Shown here piece after piece: positions 26,381 to 35,712 of a stretch of 64,000 nt of DNA. The translations under genes were made by a program, and so were the position numbers. The stretch is from Vulcanimicrobiota bacterium (GTDB taxonomy: Bacteria; Vulcanimicrobiota; Vulcanimicrobiia; Vulcanimicrobiales; Vulcanimicrobiaceae). Location: assembly GCA_963843945.1 (NCBI GenBank), contig CAWJMF010000002.1:1657399-1721398 (forward strand), read 5' to 3'. Position 1 is the first letter of the stretch; each line of letters starts with the position of its first letter. Below the pieces are notes generated by a model, which worked only from the letters and a program-made list of their open reading frames with translations, made no database searches and was not told where the DNA came from.

Positions 26381-27790
26381 GTGAAATTCAATTCGCTCCG
26401 CTGGCGCATCGCGTCGTTCTACGCGCTGCTGCTGCTCGGCGTGATCGTCGTCGTGGGACTCGTTCTGACGTTCCAATTGCGCGCCATCCTGTTCGAGGGC
26501 GCGCGCGCCACGGTCGACCGGATCGGAACCGATATCGCGAGCGTCGTCCACGGCAACGGGACCGGTTCGATCGGCGAAGCGCTCCCGATCGAAGAAACGC
26601 TCACCCTGCCCGGAAACCTGGATCGCTGGTCTTCGCCGACGACGTACGTCGAGGTCGACAACGCCGCCGGTGCGCCGTTGGCAAAGAGCTCGAACATGGG
26701 AGCGATGATCTTCGGGCGCAGTCCGCTCAAACGCACGACGCCGGTCCTTTATTCGGAGCAGGCGACGCCGGTCGGACACGTGCTGGTGCGCGACGAGTTC
26801 ATCCACGCACCCGACGTCGCGCTCATCGTGAAAGTCGGCGAGAGCCTGGGCACCTACGACCAAACCTTGGCGCGGACCCGCACGCTCTTAGCGATCGTGG
26901 TGCTCGTCTCGGCGATCGTCGTCGTGGTGGGGTCGTTCGCTCTGGCGAGCAGCGCGGTCGGTCCGATCGATCGCATGAACGCCGCGATGCGGCAGATTCG
27001 CTCGGACCAGCTCGACCGGCGGCTCGGACCCTCGGCCCGCACCGACGAGTTGGGGCGTCTGGCCGCGAGCTTCGACGACATGCTCGATCGCCTTCAGGAG
27101 GGCTTTGCACGCGAGCGCCAGTTCATCTCCGATGCCTCGCACGAATTGAAGACGCCGCTGACGGTGATCAACGCGAACGCGCAAATGCTCGAGCGCTGGG
27201 CGGATCGCAACCCCGAAATCCGCGCCGAGAGCTTGCGCGCGATTCGCGACGAGAGCTCGAGCTTGGCGCGCATGATCAACGGGATGTTGCTGCTGGCCAA
27301 AGCCGAGTCCGGCGACGGCATTCCACGGGAACCGCTTTTGCTGGACCCCGTCGTGCGCGAAGCGGTGAAGCTCGGCCGGCCGCTGGCGGAAGCGAAGCAC
27401 CTGGTCCTCGAGTACCGGCCCGCGTTCGAGGGCGCGGGGCCGCGCGTCCTCGGCGACCGCGACCTCCTGCGTCAGTTGGTCAGCAACCTTATCGAGAACG
27501 CGGTCAAGTTCACCGAGTCGGGCGAGATCCTGGTTAGCCTGGCCGCCACGCCGGACGAGGCGACGATCGTCGTCGCCGACACCGGCGTCGGCATCGAAGA
27601 GGAGTCGCTGGAACGCATCTTCGACCGCTTCTACCGGACGGACAAGTCCCGCAACCGCGAAGTCGAGGGCACGGGTTTGGGGCTCGCGATCGTGCGCAGC
27701 ATCGCCCGGATCCACGGCGGGAACGTGGTCGCCGAACGGCGCCCCGCCGGGGGCACCGCCTTCAAGGTCACCCTTCCGGCCTTCACGTGA
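26381..27790 (+). CDS. Sensor histidine kinase (2 TM, HAMP, HisKA, HATPase_c).
   Basis: H-box 'FISDASHELKTPLT', N-box 'LVSNLIENAVKFT' and G-boxes 'DTGVGI...GTGLGLAIV'. Confidence 0.9.
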   Translation: MKFNSLRWRIASFYALLLLGVIVVVGLVLTFQLRAILFEGARATVDRIGTDIASVVHGNGTGSIGEALPIEETLTLPGNLDRWSSPTTYVEVDNAAGAPLAKSSNMGAMIFGRSPLKRTTPVLYSEQATPVGHVLVRDEFIHAPDVALIVKVGESLGTYDQTLARTRTLLAIVVLVSAIVVVVGSFALASSAVGPIDRMNAAMRQIRSDQLDRRLGPSARTDELGRLAASFDDMLDRLQEGFARERQFISDASHELKTPLTVINANAQMLERWADRNPEIRAESLRAIRDESSSLARMINGMLLLAKAESGDGIPREPLLLDPVVREAVKLGRPLAEAKHLVLEYRPAFEGAGPRVLGDRDLLRQLVSNLIENAVKFTESGEILVSLAATPDEATIVVADTGVGIEEESLERIFDRFYRTDKSRNREVEGTGLGLAIVRSIARIHGGNVVAERRPAGGTAFKVTLPAFT

Positions 27791-27809
27791 CTCTCATGAC
27801 CGCGCAGGC

Positions 27810-29150
27810 TTGAGCGGGTACCCTAGGGGGGTGCTCATCACTCGACTCGGCGCGGCCCGCGCGCTCGTGTTCGGTTTGGGCGCGTGGCTCCTCGCTACCG
27901 CTCCGGCTTTCTCGGAGGTCACGACGGTCCCAGGCGGCGCCGGCGCGCCGATCGTTCGCGTTCAGGGCCTCGACGGAAACGTCACCATCCGGACCTGGGA
28001 TCGCCCCGACGTGCAAATCGAAGGGGATCCGTCGCTCTATACCTTGGAGCAGCACGTCAACAGAATTCCGGCGGTCTTTCCGCCGACGCCGATTTCACCC
28101 GGCCGGATCGTCGCCCCTGACGGCACGCCGATCAACCTTCCGGCGGAAAGCTTCGTCGTCTCCACGCTGCCGCCCGGACCGCGCGACGTCGTCGTCGTCA
28201 AAGGTGCCTTTCTCGGATCGCTGACGGTGACGGTGCCCTCCAACACGCCGGTCCTCGGGGTCCAGATCGGCCATGGCTCGCTGAGCGTCGACGGCTACCG
28301 GAACGGGACGTTGATCGCGCACATGCGCAACGGCAACGTAAGCTTGCACAACATGAGCGGCGACGCTTTCGTGCAAGACCTGCGCGGAACGCTGGCGGTC
28401 TCCGACTCGTCGTTCGGCCGGCTGCGCGCGCGCGGCGCGCTCGGACCGATGGTCTTCGAACGCGACAACGTGCGTCAAATCGAGGTGACCAACGTGAACG
28501 GCTCGATCGTGTACGACCGCGGTACCTTCGAGCCGGGACTCGCACGTTTCGCTTCCGAGCACGGCGACGTCGCGGTCGGCGTCGCTTCGGGGCCGGCCGA
28601 ACTCGGCGGGAGCGTCTCGGACAACGGCCGCGTCTACACGATGTTCGACGGCCACGCGCAAGTCGACACGCACGACGGCCATAGCTACGCTTCGCTAGGC
28701 GGAGGCGGCGGCGCCACGGTCAACGCGACCAGCGGCTCGGGAAACGTCTACCTCTACGACGGCTCGCTGCGCGCGCGCCCCCGCCTGCCGGCGGAATGGC
28801 AAACCCCGTTCGGAACGCTTTCCGGCGCGCCGCGTTCGGGTTTCGGCGCCCCCGGCGCGTTTGGCGGCCAGTCGCGCACCGAGTATCCGGCACGGTATCA
28901 AAACGTCACTCCCTACCAGGCCCCGCATCCGCTCTATCAAAGCGCGCCTCGTCCCTACGAGCCGCCGCCGCGCGCGCCGTATCAAATCGCGCCGCAACGT
29001 GCGCCGTACCAAAACGTGCCGCAGCGCGCGCCCTACCAAAGCGCACCGCGCGCCTATGGGGCGCCTCCGGCGCACGCCGGCTACGGCTCCCCGGGTCAGC
29101 GGCACGAGGGCACACCACCGCATACCGTATCGCATCCGCAGAAACACTAG
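27810..29150 (+). CDS. DUF4097-type (putative adhesin / beta-rich) domain protein with a Pro/Tyr/Gln-rich repetitive C-terminal tail.
   Basis: Signal or anchor 'ALVFGLGAWLLATAPAFS'. Repeated 'NVSL...GDVAVGVASG' beta-strand units are typical of DUF4097. The C-terminal repeats are of the form 'RAPYQ(N/S)(V/A)PQ'. Confidence 0.7.
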   Translation: MSGYPRGVLITRLGAARALVFGLGAWLLATAPAFSEVTTVPGGAGAPIVRVQGLDGNVTIRTWDRPDVQIEGDPSLYTLEQHVNRIPAVFPPTPISPGRIVAPDGTPINLPAESFVVSTLPPGPRDVVVVKGAFLGSLTVTVPSNTPVLGVQIGHGSLSVDGYRNGTLIAHMRNGNVSLHNMSGDAFVQDLRGTLAVSDSSFGRLRARGALGPMVFERDNVRQIEVTNVNGSIVYDRGTFEPGLARFASEHGDVAVGVASGPAELGGSVSDNGRVYTMFDGHAQVDTHDGHSYASLGGGGGATVNATSGSGNVYLYDGSLRARPRLPAEWQTPFGTLSGAPRSGFGAPGAFGGQSRTEYPARYQNVTPYQAPHPLYQSAPRPYEPPPRAPYQIAPQRAPYQNVPQRAPYQSAPRAYGAPPAHAGYGSPGQRHEGTPPHTVSHPQKH

Positions 29151-31372
29151 GTTCCCGCTCCGCCCGCCCCAATGTGGTAGACGTACTTGAGAATAAAACG
29201 CTGCAGCGTGTGATACGAAGCGGGACTGCCGTACTCGAAGTACAGTTGGCTTTGATTCTTGAAGCGCTTGTGATAGGAAACGGCGAGGTTCGTTCCGGGC
29301 GCGGCAAAGCCGCCGGTGCCGTTGATGTCCTGAAGGCTGAGCGCGACTTGCGCGTCGCCGCCCAGCGCACGCGTGAGCGAGAGGCGACGCAAGAATTGCG
29401 CGTCGCTGACGCCGGTGAACGGACGCTCGAGCGTGCCGGCGTATTGGAGCGTGACGCCCAGACCGTGGGCGAAGGCGCGGGTGGTGGTCAAACTGTACTG
29501 CTGCGTGTAGGCCGCCGCGTAGGTATTGACCGCGTCGGCGCAAGGTAAGGGGAAAGCCGGGAGGCCCGCGCAAGCGACCGCGAAGGGGCCGAACGAATAG
29601 TAGGCGTCCGTCGGCGAAGGCGTGCCGTCGCGATAGTTCAGGCTGATTTGATTGGTGTCGAAGGCGAAGTTCGTCCCGCCCGTATAGAACGGGTAAGCTT
29701 GGGAGTACGTGCGCAACTCGCTGGCGTCCGTCGAGAGCGTGAGCTTGAGGAGGTTCTTGAGCTCGATCGCGGCGGATTCGCTGGTGTCGACCTGACGCGC
29801 GGCGCCGCTGCGATCGACGAAACGATCCGCGACGACCGAGAATCGGTAAAATTTGATCGCGCTCTGCTGTTTGGCGATGCCCGTGTAGACCGCGAACGCC
29901 TGCGGACCCCGGATGTCTTGGTTCGCGGTGTACCCGTCGACCGGATTGAAGTCCGGTCCGACGTCGCGGTAAAGGACGCCGTACTGCCAGAGGCCGTAAT
30001 TCGTGATCTCCCCGAGGAGCAACTGATGCCCGAGGCTCGGCGCGCTGACGAGCGTCCCCGTCTCCTGTTCGTAGCTCACGATCGCCGAAATGCCGGAGTG
30101 GAGATTCTGATAAAAGCTGCCGATCCCGAGCGTCCGGTCGGTGACGTCCGGATGATTCGCGTCGACGCCCTGCAACGCGAACTGCAGGGTTCCGTCCGGC
30201 TTTTGAAACGAATAGCCGAAAGCTTGATCGTTGAAACCGTCGCCTTTCGTATCGAGGACGCCGATCGCGCTTTGGCCGGCCGTTCCCTCGACTTTGAAGC
30301 CGTCGTCGACGATGCCGAGCGAGGGCGAGTAGAACATCTGATTCGACGGCCCGTTTACGCCGATCGAAGGCAAAGACGAGATATAATTTGAGCCCTGCGC
30401 GAAAAACGGCCGATACTCCGTATACTGAATCGCGAACTCTTGCGGCGCGATCGTCGCCTGATCGGTCTCCACGTTCGAAAAATCCGGCGCGAGGGCGAGC
30501 ACGAACGCCATCGAGCGGGTAAACGGCAGCGTCGCATCGAGCCCGAAGTTGCGCTCGTGCTGGTCGGTAAAGTTTTGCGGCGTCGTCTCGAAGACGTTTC
30601 TGTCGCCGCCGGCACTCCCGAGCGCGTAGACGTCGGCGTAGGGCGGCGGCGCCTTCCCAACCCCCGAGAGCGCGATGTCCGTAAGGATCGGCCAGCGCGT
30701 CGAGTCGCAGTAGATCGTCGTGCCGTACGAGTTGTTCGAGCAGTACGAGGTCGAGCCGGCATCGTAGGCCCAGGTCAGCAGATCGTTATGCGCGGCGATG
30801 TAGCGGCTGAAATTGATGCGCCATTTTTGCGTCTTGCCGTTTCCGACGCGCATGTCGGCCAGCGGAATCGTCATCATGACGCGGTAGCCATCGGAAGTAA
30901 CGGAGGCAACCGTCTTCCAAGGCGGTTGATAGCGCGACGATTCCGAGGAGAACTCATAGCGGACGCCTGCCGGCGTCGAGGTGAACGCGTACATGCGGGA
31001 ATTGCTGCCGCTCGGGTCGATCGAGATCGTCACCTCGTCGTCGAGCCCGTAACCGACGTCGTTGACCGCCTGGGACGTGGTAAGGGGCGCGTCCTTTTGT
31101 TCGGCGATGAAGCCGACGTAGAGATTCTTATCGTCGTAGAGCAACAGCGCCGTCGTCGCGTTCCGCGCGGGTTCGCGCTGGGTCGCGTTCGCGAAGCCCG
31201 TTGCGCGCACGGCCGTCGACCAGACGGGGTCGGTCAGAGCAGCGTCCTGCGCCGGCGGCGACAACGTCTTCACGGCTTTGATGATCTGCCCGGGAGCCAC
31301 CGACGCGCGGGCAGCTTGCGGCAACACGAAGATTAAGACCGCGCAAAGCGCGCATGCCCATGGACGTCGCAC
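29147..31372 (-). CDS. Secreted large protein: an N-terminal CBM9/DOMON-like domain plus a large C-terminal beta-rich domain (DUF5916-like, outer-membrane-type).
   Basis: Signal peptide 'MRRPWACALCAVLIFVLPQAARA'. The N-terminal region 'DPVWSTA...LLYDDKNLYVGF' resembles a carbohydrate-binding family 9-like fold. About 550 aa of alternating beta pattern follow. Confidence 0.65.
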   Translation of the reverse strand: MRRPWACALCAVLIFVLPQAARASVAPGQIIKAVKTLSPPAQDAALTDPVWSTAVRATGFANATQREPARNATTALLLYDDKNLYVGFIAEQKDAPLTTSQAVNDVGYGLDDEVTISIDPSGSNSRMYAFTSTPAGVRYEFSSESSRYQPPWKTVASVTSDGYRVMMTIPLADMRVGNGKTQKWRINFSRYIAAHNDLLTWAYDAGSTSYCSNNSYGTTIYCDSTRWPILTDIALSGVGKAPPPYADVYALGSAGGDRNVFETTPQNFTDQHERNFGLDATLPFTRSMAFVLALAPDFSNVETDQATIAPQEFAIQYTEYRPFFAQGSNYISSLPSIGVNGPSNQMFYSPSLGIVDDGFKVEGTAGQSAIGVLDTKGDGFNDQAFGYSFQKPDGTLQFALQGVDANHPDVTDRTLGIGSFYQNLHSGISAIVSYEQETGTLVSAPSLGHQLLLGEITNYGLWQYGVLYRDVGPDFNPVDGYTANQDIRGPQAFAVYTGIAKQQSAIKFYRFSVVADRFVDRSGAARQVDTSESAAIELKNLLKLTLSTDASELRTYSQAYPFYTGGTNFAFDTNQISLNYRDGTPSPTDAYYSFGPFAVACAGLPAFPLPCADAVNTYAAAYTQQYSLTTTRAFAHGLGVTLQYAGTLERPFTGVSDAQFLRRLSLTRALGGDAQVALSLQDINGTGGFAAPGTNLAVSYHKRFKNQSQLYFEYGSPASYHTLQRFILKYVYHIGAGGAGT

Positions 31373-31610
31373 GGGTATTTTACAGCGAGCCTATCCCAAT
31401 GTTTCGCGCCGCGCCCGCCGCTAGCGCGTGCGTTTAGCGGCTCCTAGGAAGCTGAAGGAATAGGGCCATCCAAGGGGCTGCTACCCCCGGCTTCGAGCTA
31501 CCTGGCTTTCCGCAGCGTTAAGGCGCTCGCGCGGCGCTCTTGACGCGCCAGAAGTATCCCGCGGAAAACCCGCGGGACACTTCTCTACCACAGGCGTTAC
31601 TCGTGGCAGC

Positions 31611-32390
31611 CTAGGCTGCGGGCAAGCTCCGGTTCGCACCGATTGCGCGGGCGGCGTCGGTGAACTCCGAGGGGATCAGCATGATCGTGCTCGAGTTATT
31701 TTCCGCGCCGACCTCGCTGATCGTCTGCAAGCGCCGCAGTTCGAGCGCGATCGGGTTGCCCGCCATGCGCGCCGCGGCGGCGGTGAGCAGCTCGGATGCG
31801 TCCTTCTCGGCTTCCGCCTTGATGATGCGCGCCCGCTTTTCGCGAACCGCTTCAGCTTCGCGCGCCATGGCGCGCTGCATGGCGGCCGGGATCTCGACGT
31901 CTTTCATCTCGATGAGCGTGACGCGAATCCCCCACGGTGTCGTGACGCTGTCGACGATCTCGCGCAGCTTCTCGTTGATGACGGTGCGTTCGCGCAAGAC
32001 GTCGTCGAGCGCGTGCTGACCGATGATGTTCCGGAGGCTCGTGAGAGCGACCTGATAGGCGGCGCTCCGGAAATCCGCAACCGCCACGACCGCCCGCGCG
32101 GCGTCGACGATCTGATACCACATGACCGCGTTCACGCGTATCGTGACGCTGTCTTTGGTGATCGTTTCCTGCTGCTCGACGGCTTCGGTGCGCGTGCGGA
32201 TGTCGACGATCTTGGCGCTCTCGACGACCGGAATGACGTAGAACAGGCCCGGGCCGCGCGTCTCTTGCAGCCTGCCGAACCGAAAGATCACCGCGCGCTC
32301 GTATTCCTGCGCGACGCGAATGCCGGAAAGCGCCGCTCCGAAGAGCAGCACCGCGGCGACGAGGATAATCGAGGACTGGAACGACTCCAT
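31611..32390 (-). CDS. SPFH/band-7 (stomatin-like) family protein. ATG at 32390 with GGGAGG 12 nt upstream.
   Basis: 'AVIFRFGRLQETRGPGLFYVIPVVE...TKDSVTIRVNAVMWYQIVD' band-7 core, followed by a coiled-coil Ala/Glu-rich region. Confidence 0.85.
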   Translation of the reverse strand: MESFQSSIILVAAVLLFGAALSGIRVAQEYERAVIFRFGRLQETRGPGLFYVIPVVESAKIVDIRTRTEAVEQQETITKDSVTIRVNAVMWYQIVDAARAVVAVADFRSAAYQVALTSLRNIIGQHALDDVLRERTVINEKLREIVDSVTTPWGIRVTLIEMKDVEIPAAMQRAMAREAEAVREKRARIIKAEAEKDASELLTAAAARMAGNPIALELRRLQTISEVGAENNSSTIMLIPSEFTDAARAIGANRSLPAA

Positions 32391-32563
32391 GATTCGGCCG
32401 CCTCCCGACGGCACATGTGAACCATCGAAGTACTACCTCGAACGAACGAGCTTGTTACGAGAATGGTCTTCCTCAACCATCGCAAATGCGAATCGTTGAG
32501 GAACCGAAAAGCCTTTAAGCACCAGGATCGAGCGAAGACTTTCAGCCGTCGCTTCGGCCCGTT

Positions 32564-33433
32564 CTAGACGTAGGCGTTCTGGATTTTTTCCAGTTCGGGC
32601 AGCCGCGTTTCGAGCCGCAGCCCGGCCAGCGGCTCGGGCGGCAGATGGGCCATGGCCTCGAACGTCGCGCGCTCGCTCTTAAAGATGACGCCGAGCGGAA
32701 TCTTCTCGGATTTCATCAGCACGTCAAAAGCGTGAGCGCGGTCGGCCGGATCGTATTCCGGGCGCTCGTTGACGTAGAAGACGTTTTCCTTGAACCACGC
32801 GTACGTATTGATCTTGTTGTAGGTGACGCAGGGCGACATCACTTCCACGACCGAGAAGCCCTCGAATTCGACGGCCTGCTTGATGAGGTCGACGAGAAGC
32901 TTCGGATGCGCCGAGAAACCCCGCGCGAGGAACGAGCCGCCCGCCGCGAGCGCTACCGCCAGCCCGTTGATCGGGGCGTCCGGGTTGCCTTGGGGACTCG
33001 TGCCGGTGACGTAACCGCTGGCGCTCGTCGGTGACGACTGGCCCTTCGTGAGGCCGTACGTTTGATTGTCCATCACGATGTAGGTCATGTTGGGGTTGCG
33101 CCGCACCGCGTGGAGGAAGTGCCCGGCACCGATCGCATAACCGTCGCCGTCGCCGCCCGCCGCGATCACCGTCAGATCGCGGTTTGCGAGCTTCACCGCG
33201 GTCGCGACCGGCAGCGCGCGCCCGTGTACGCCGTGGAACGCGTACGAGTGCAGGTAGCCCGAGATTTTTCCCGAGCAGCCGATACCCGACACGAAGGCGA
33301 CGTCTTTGGGCTGCTTGCCGAGTTCCGCCATCGCCTGCTTGAGTGCGGACAGCACGCCGTAGTCGCCGCAGCCGGCGCACCACCACGACGGCGTCGCGGT
33401 CGCGAAGTCCTTGGGCGACATCGTCATAGCCAT
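32564..33433 (-). CDS. korB: 2-oxoglutarate/2-oxoacid:ferredoxin oxidoreductase subunit beta (TPP-binding).
   Basis: 'WCAGCGDYG' and 'GIGCSGK...GGDGDGYAIG' TPP motifs. ATG start overlaps the korA stop (ATGA). Track start 33667 is over-extended. Confidence 0.9.
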   Translation of the reverse strand: MAMTMSPKDFATATPSWWCAGCGDYGVLSALKQAMAELGKQPKDVAFVSGIGCSGKISGYLHSYAFHGVHGRALPVATAVKLANRDLTVIAAGGDGDGYAIGAGHFLHAVRRNPNMTYIVMDNQTYGLTKGQSSPTSASGYVTGTSPQGNPDAPINGLAVALAAGGSFLARGFSAHPKLLVDLIKQAVEFEGFSVVEVMSPCVTYNKINTYAWFKENVFYVNERPEYDPADRAHAFDVLMKSEKIPLGVIFKSERATFEAMAHLPPEPLAGLRLETRLPELEKIQNAYV

Positions 33434-35244
33434 CAGCGTTTCACCTCCGCGAGCGCACGCGGCGCCGCGACTTTCAGCACCGGTTCGACGATCTCGATCG
33501 GACGGAACGGCCGCCCGTTGTACTTGAGCACGCCGTGCATCCGCTCGAGGGGACCAACCACATAGCGCACCAGGCGTTCGAGCTGTCCGGTGAAATTGTT
33601 TTCGACCACGAAGACGTGCCGGGCGTCCGCGATGAACTCGCGAACCTCGTCTTCGGGGAACGGCCACAGCGTCCGGAACTCGAAGAAGCGCGTCGCGACG
33701 CCCTCCTCCCTAAGCCGGTGCTGCGCTTCGAGGATCGGCCCGCAATTGGAACCGTACCCGAGAATCGCGATCTCGGCGGCGGGATCGCCGTGAACGGCGG
33801 GCTTGGGCAGGTCCTCGCGCATGGAATCGAGCTTGCCCATGCGCTTCTCCATCATCCGTGCGCGATTCTTGGCGTTCTCCGTAATGACGCCGGCCGGGTT
33901 GTGCTCCGAGCCCGCCGCCAAGTGCATGCCGCCCTCGAGGCCCGGTACGACGCGCGGCGACACGCCGTCCGGCGCGAACGCGAAACGCTCGTACTCGCCG
34001 AAAACCACCGGTTCGTCGAGCAGTTTGCCGCGGTCGATTGCGACGCGCGAAAGGTCGAGGCGCGGCAGCGTCGCCTTGCTTTGGCAGAGCGCCTGTTCGG
34101 TCAACAGGAAAACGGGACACTGATACTTCTCTGCCAGGTTGAAGGCCTCGGCGCTGAGGTAGAACGAGTCCTCGATCGTCCCAGGGGCCAGCACGATGCG
34201 CGGGATCTCGCCGTGTCCCGAAAAGATCAGGTGGTTGAGGTTCGACTGCTCGGTTTTCGTCGGCATGCCGGTCGAGGGACCGGTGCGCGCGCACTCGACG
34301 ACGACGACGGGAATCTCGAGCACGCCGGCCAGCCCGATCGCTTCGGTCATCAGCGCCTGACCCGGTCCCGAAGTTGCGGTCATCGCGCGCACGCCGGTGA
34401 AGGCCGCGCCGAGTACCATGTTGATCGCGGCCAGCTCGTCCTCGGCCTGCACCGCGACGCCGCCGAACTTGGGCAGGTACTTCGCCATCCACTCGAGCAC
34501 GTCGGTCGCGGGCGTGATCGGATAACCGGCCATGAAGCGACAGCCCGCCACGAGCGCGCCGTAACCGATCGCGTCGTTGCCCATCATGATCAAGCGGTCG
34601 CCGTCGTCGCTTTTGCGCAGCGCATAGCCGCTGGGCCACTCGGCGAAGTGGCGGTCGACGTACTCCTCGCCGGCTTCGATCGCGCGAATGTTGAGATCGA
34701 CGACTTTCTCGCCCTTACGTTTGTAGACGCCGGCGACGTCGTTGCGCACGACGTCGGGATCCATGCCGATCAACTTGGCCAGCGCTCCGAGCGAAATCGT
34801 GTTGCGCACGAGTTCGAGACCGAGATCCGCTTTCGCGATTTTTGCAAGCGGGATCTCGTACCAGTGCACGTCGCTCCGGCGCACGTGATCCGGAATCTGC
34901 TCGGAGGTATTGTCGAAGACGACGAAGCCGCCCGGACGCATTTCGTCGATGTGTGCTTCGACCGCTTCGAGATCGAACGCCACCAGGCCGTCGACGAAGT
35001 CGGCCATTCCCCAGTGCGGATGCTCGCCGGCACGGATCACGTAGTTGGTGTGACCGCCGCGAATGCGCGACGGGAAGTCTTTGTAGGTGTAGACCTCGAG
35101 CCCCATTCGCTTGAAGACGCCCGCGATGAGATCGCCGGTGGTCAGGCTCCCGTCGCCCGCCTGCCCGCCGAACATGATCTCGATATCGTTAACGATCACC
35201 CCAGCTCCAATCCATGGAAGAAACTGCCGCCTTCGTTGTTCCAT
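33433..35244 (-). CDS. korA: 2-oxoacid:ferredoxin oxidoreductase subunit alpha (fused gamma-alpha type). The exact start is uncertain.
   Basis: 603 aa. N-terminal 'MFGGQAGDGSLTTG' gamma-like region followed by the alpha-subunit core. Confidence 0.9.
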   Translation of the reverse strand: MEQRRRQFLPWIGAGVIVNDIEIMFGGQAGDGSLTTGDLIAGVFKRMGLEVYTYKDFPSRIRGGHTNYVIRAGEHPHWGMADFVDGLVAFDLEAVEAHIDEMRPGGFVVFDNTSEQIPDHVRRSDVHWYEIPLAKIAKADLGLELVRNTISLGALAKLIGMDPDVVRNDVAGVYKRKGEKVVDLNIRAIEAGEEYVDRHFAEWPSGYALRKSDDGDRLIMMGNDAIGYGALVAGCRFMAGYPITPATDVLEWMAKYLPKFGGVAVQAEDELAAINMVLGAAFTGVRAMTATSGPGQALMTEAIGLAGVLEIPVVVVECARTGPSTGMPTKTEQSNLNHLIFSGHGEIPRIVLAPGTIEDSFYLSAEAFNLAEKYQCPVFLLTEQALCQSKATLPRLDLSRVAIDRGKLLDEPVVFGEYERFAFAPDGVSPRVVPGLEGGMHLAAGSEHNPAGVITENAKNRARMMEKRMGKLDSMREDLPKPAVHGDPAAEIAILGYGSNCGPILEAQHRLREEGVATRFFEFRTLWPFPEDEVREFIADARHVFVVENNFTGQLERLVRYVVGPLERMHGVLKYNGRPFRPIEIVEPVLKVAAPRALAEVKR

Positions 35245-35280
35245 TCGCGCAGCTACCTGCCCTCGCCGCGCCGCGCCACA

Positions 35281-35712
35281 CTACAAGAGGAACTTGCGCA
35301 GCACCGCGACGTCGAGCTTGAACGTATGCTGGGGAAGGGTCGCTTCGAGCTTGTAGCCGGCGCCCTCGAAGAACTCGCGCGCGGCGCCTTCGAGCGGGAC
35401 CTCGAGGGTCAGCTTATGACAATTGTAGTAGTTGGCGAGCTCTTCGGCCCGCGCTACCAGGCGCCGGCCGATGCCGCGCCGCCGCCAGGCAGGCGCCACG
35501 AGGAGCGACTCCAGGTGCGCCAGCGAGGCGGCGATGCGCAGTCCGAGCGCGCCGACGACCGCGCCGCCGGCGGTTGCGGCAAGTTCGTGGCGCTGTTCGT
35601 GCCAGACCACGCGGAAGCCCCAGAGCTCCGAGAGCGCGTCGCGTTCGTGCTCTAGGCGGAATGCGTGGGTCCGGCCGGGCTGAACGACCTCGATCTCAAC
35701 GGCCTCATCCAC
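35281..35712 (-). CDS. GNAT family N-acetyltransferase.
   Basis: 'RRRGIGRRLVARAEELANYYNCHKLTLEV' acetyl-CoA binding motif. Confidence 0.75.
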   Translation of the reverse strand: MDEAVEIEVVQPGRTHAFRLEHERDALSELWGFRVVWHEQRHELAATAGGAVVGALGLRIAASLAHLESLLVAPAWRRRGIGRRLVARAEELANYYNCHKLTLEVPLEGAAREFFEGAGYKLEATLPQHTFKLDVAVLRKFLL

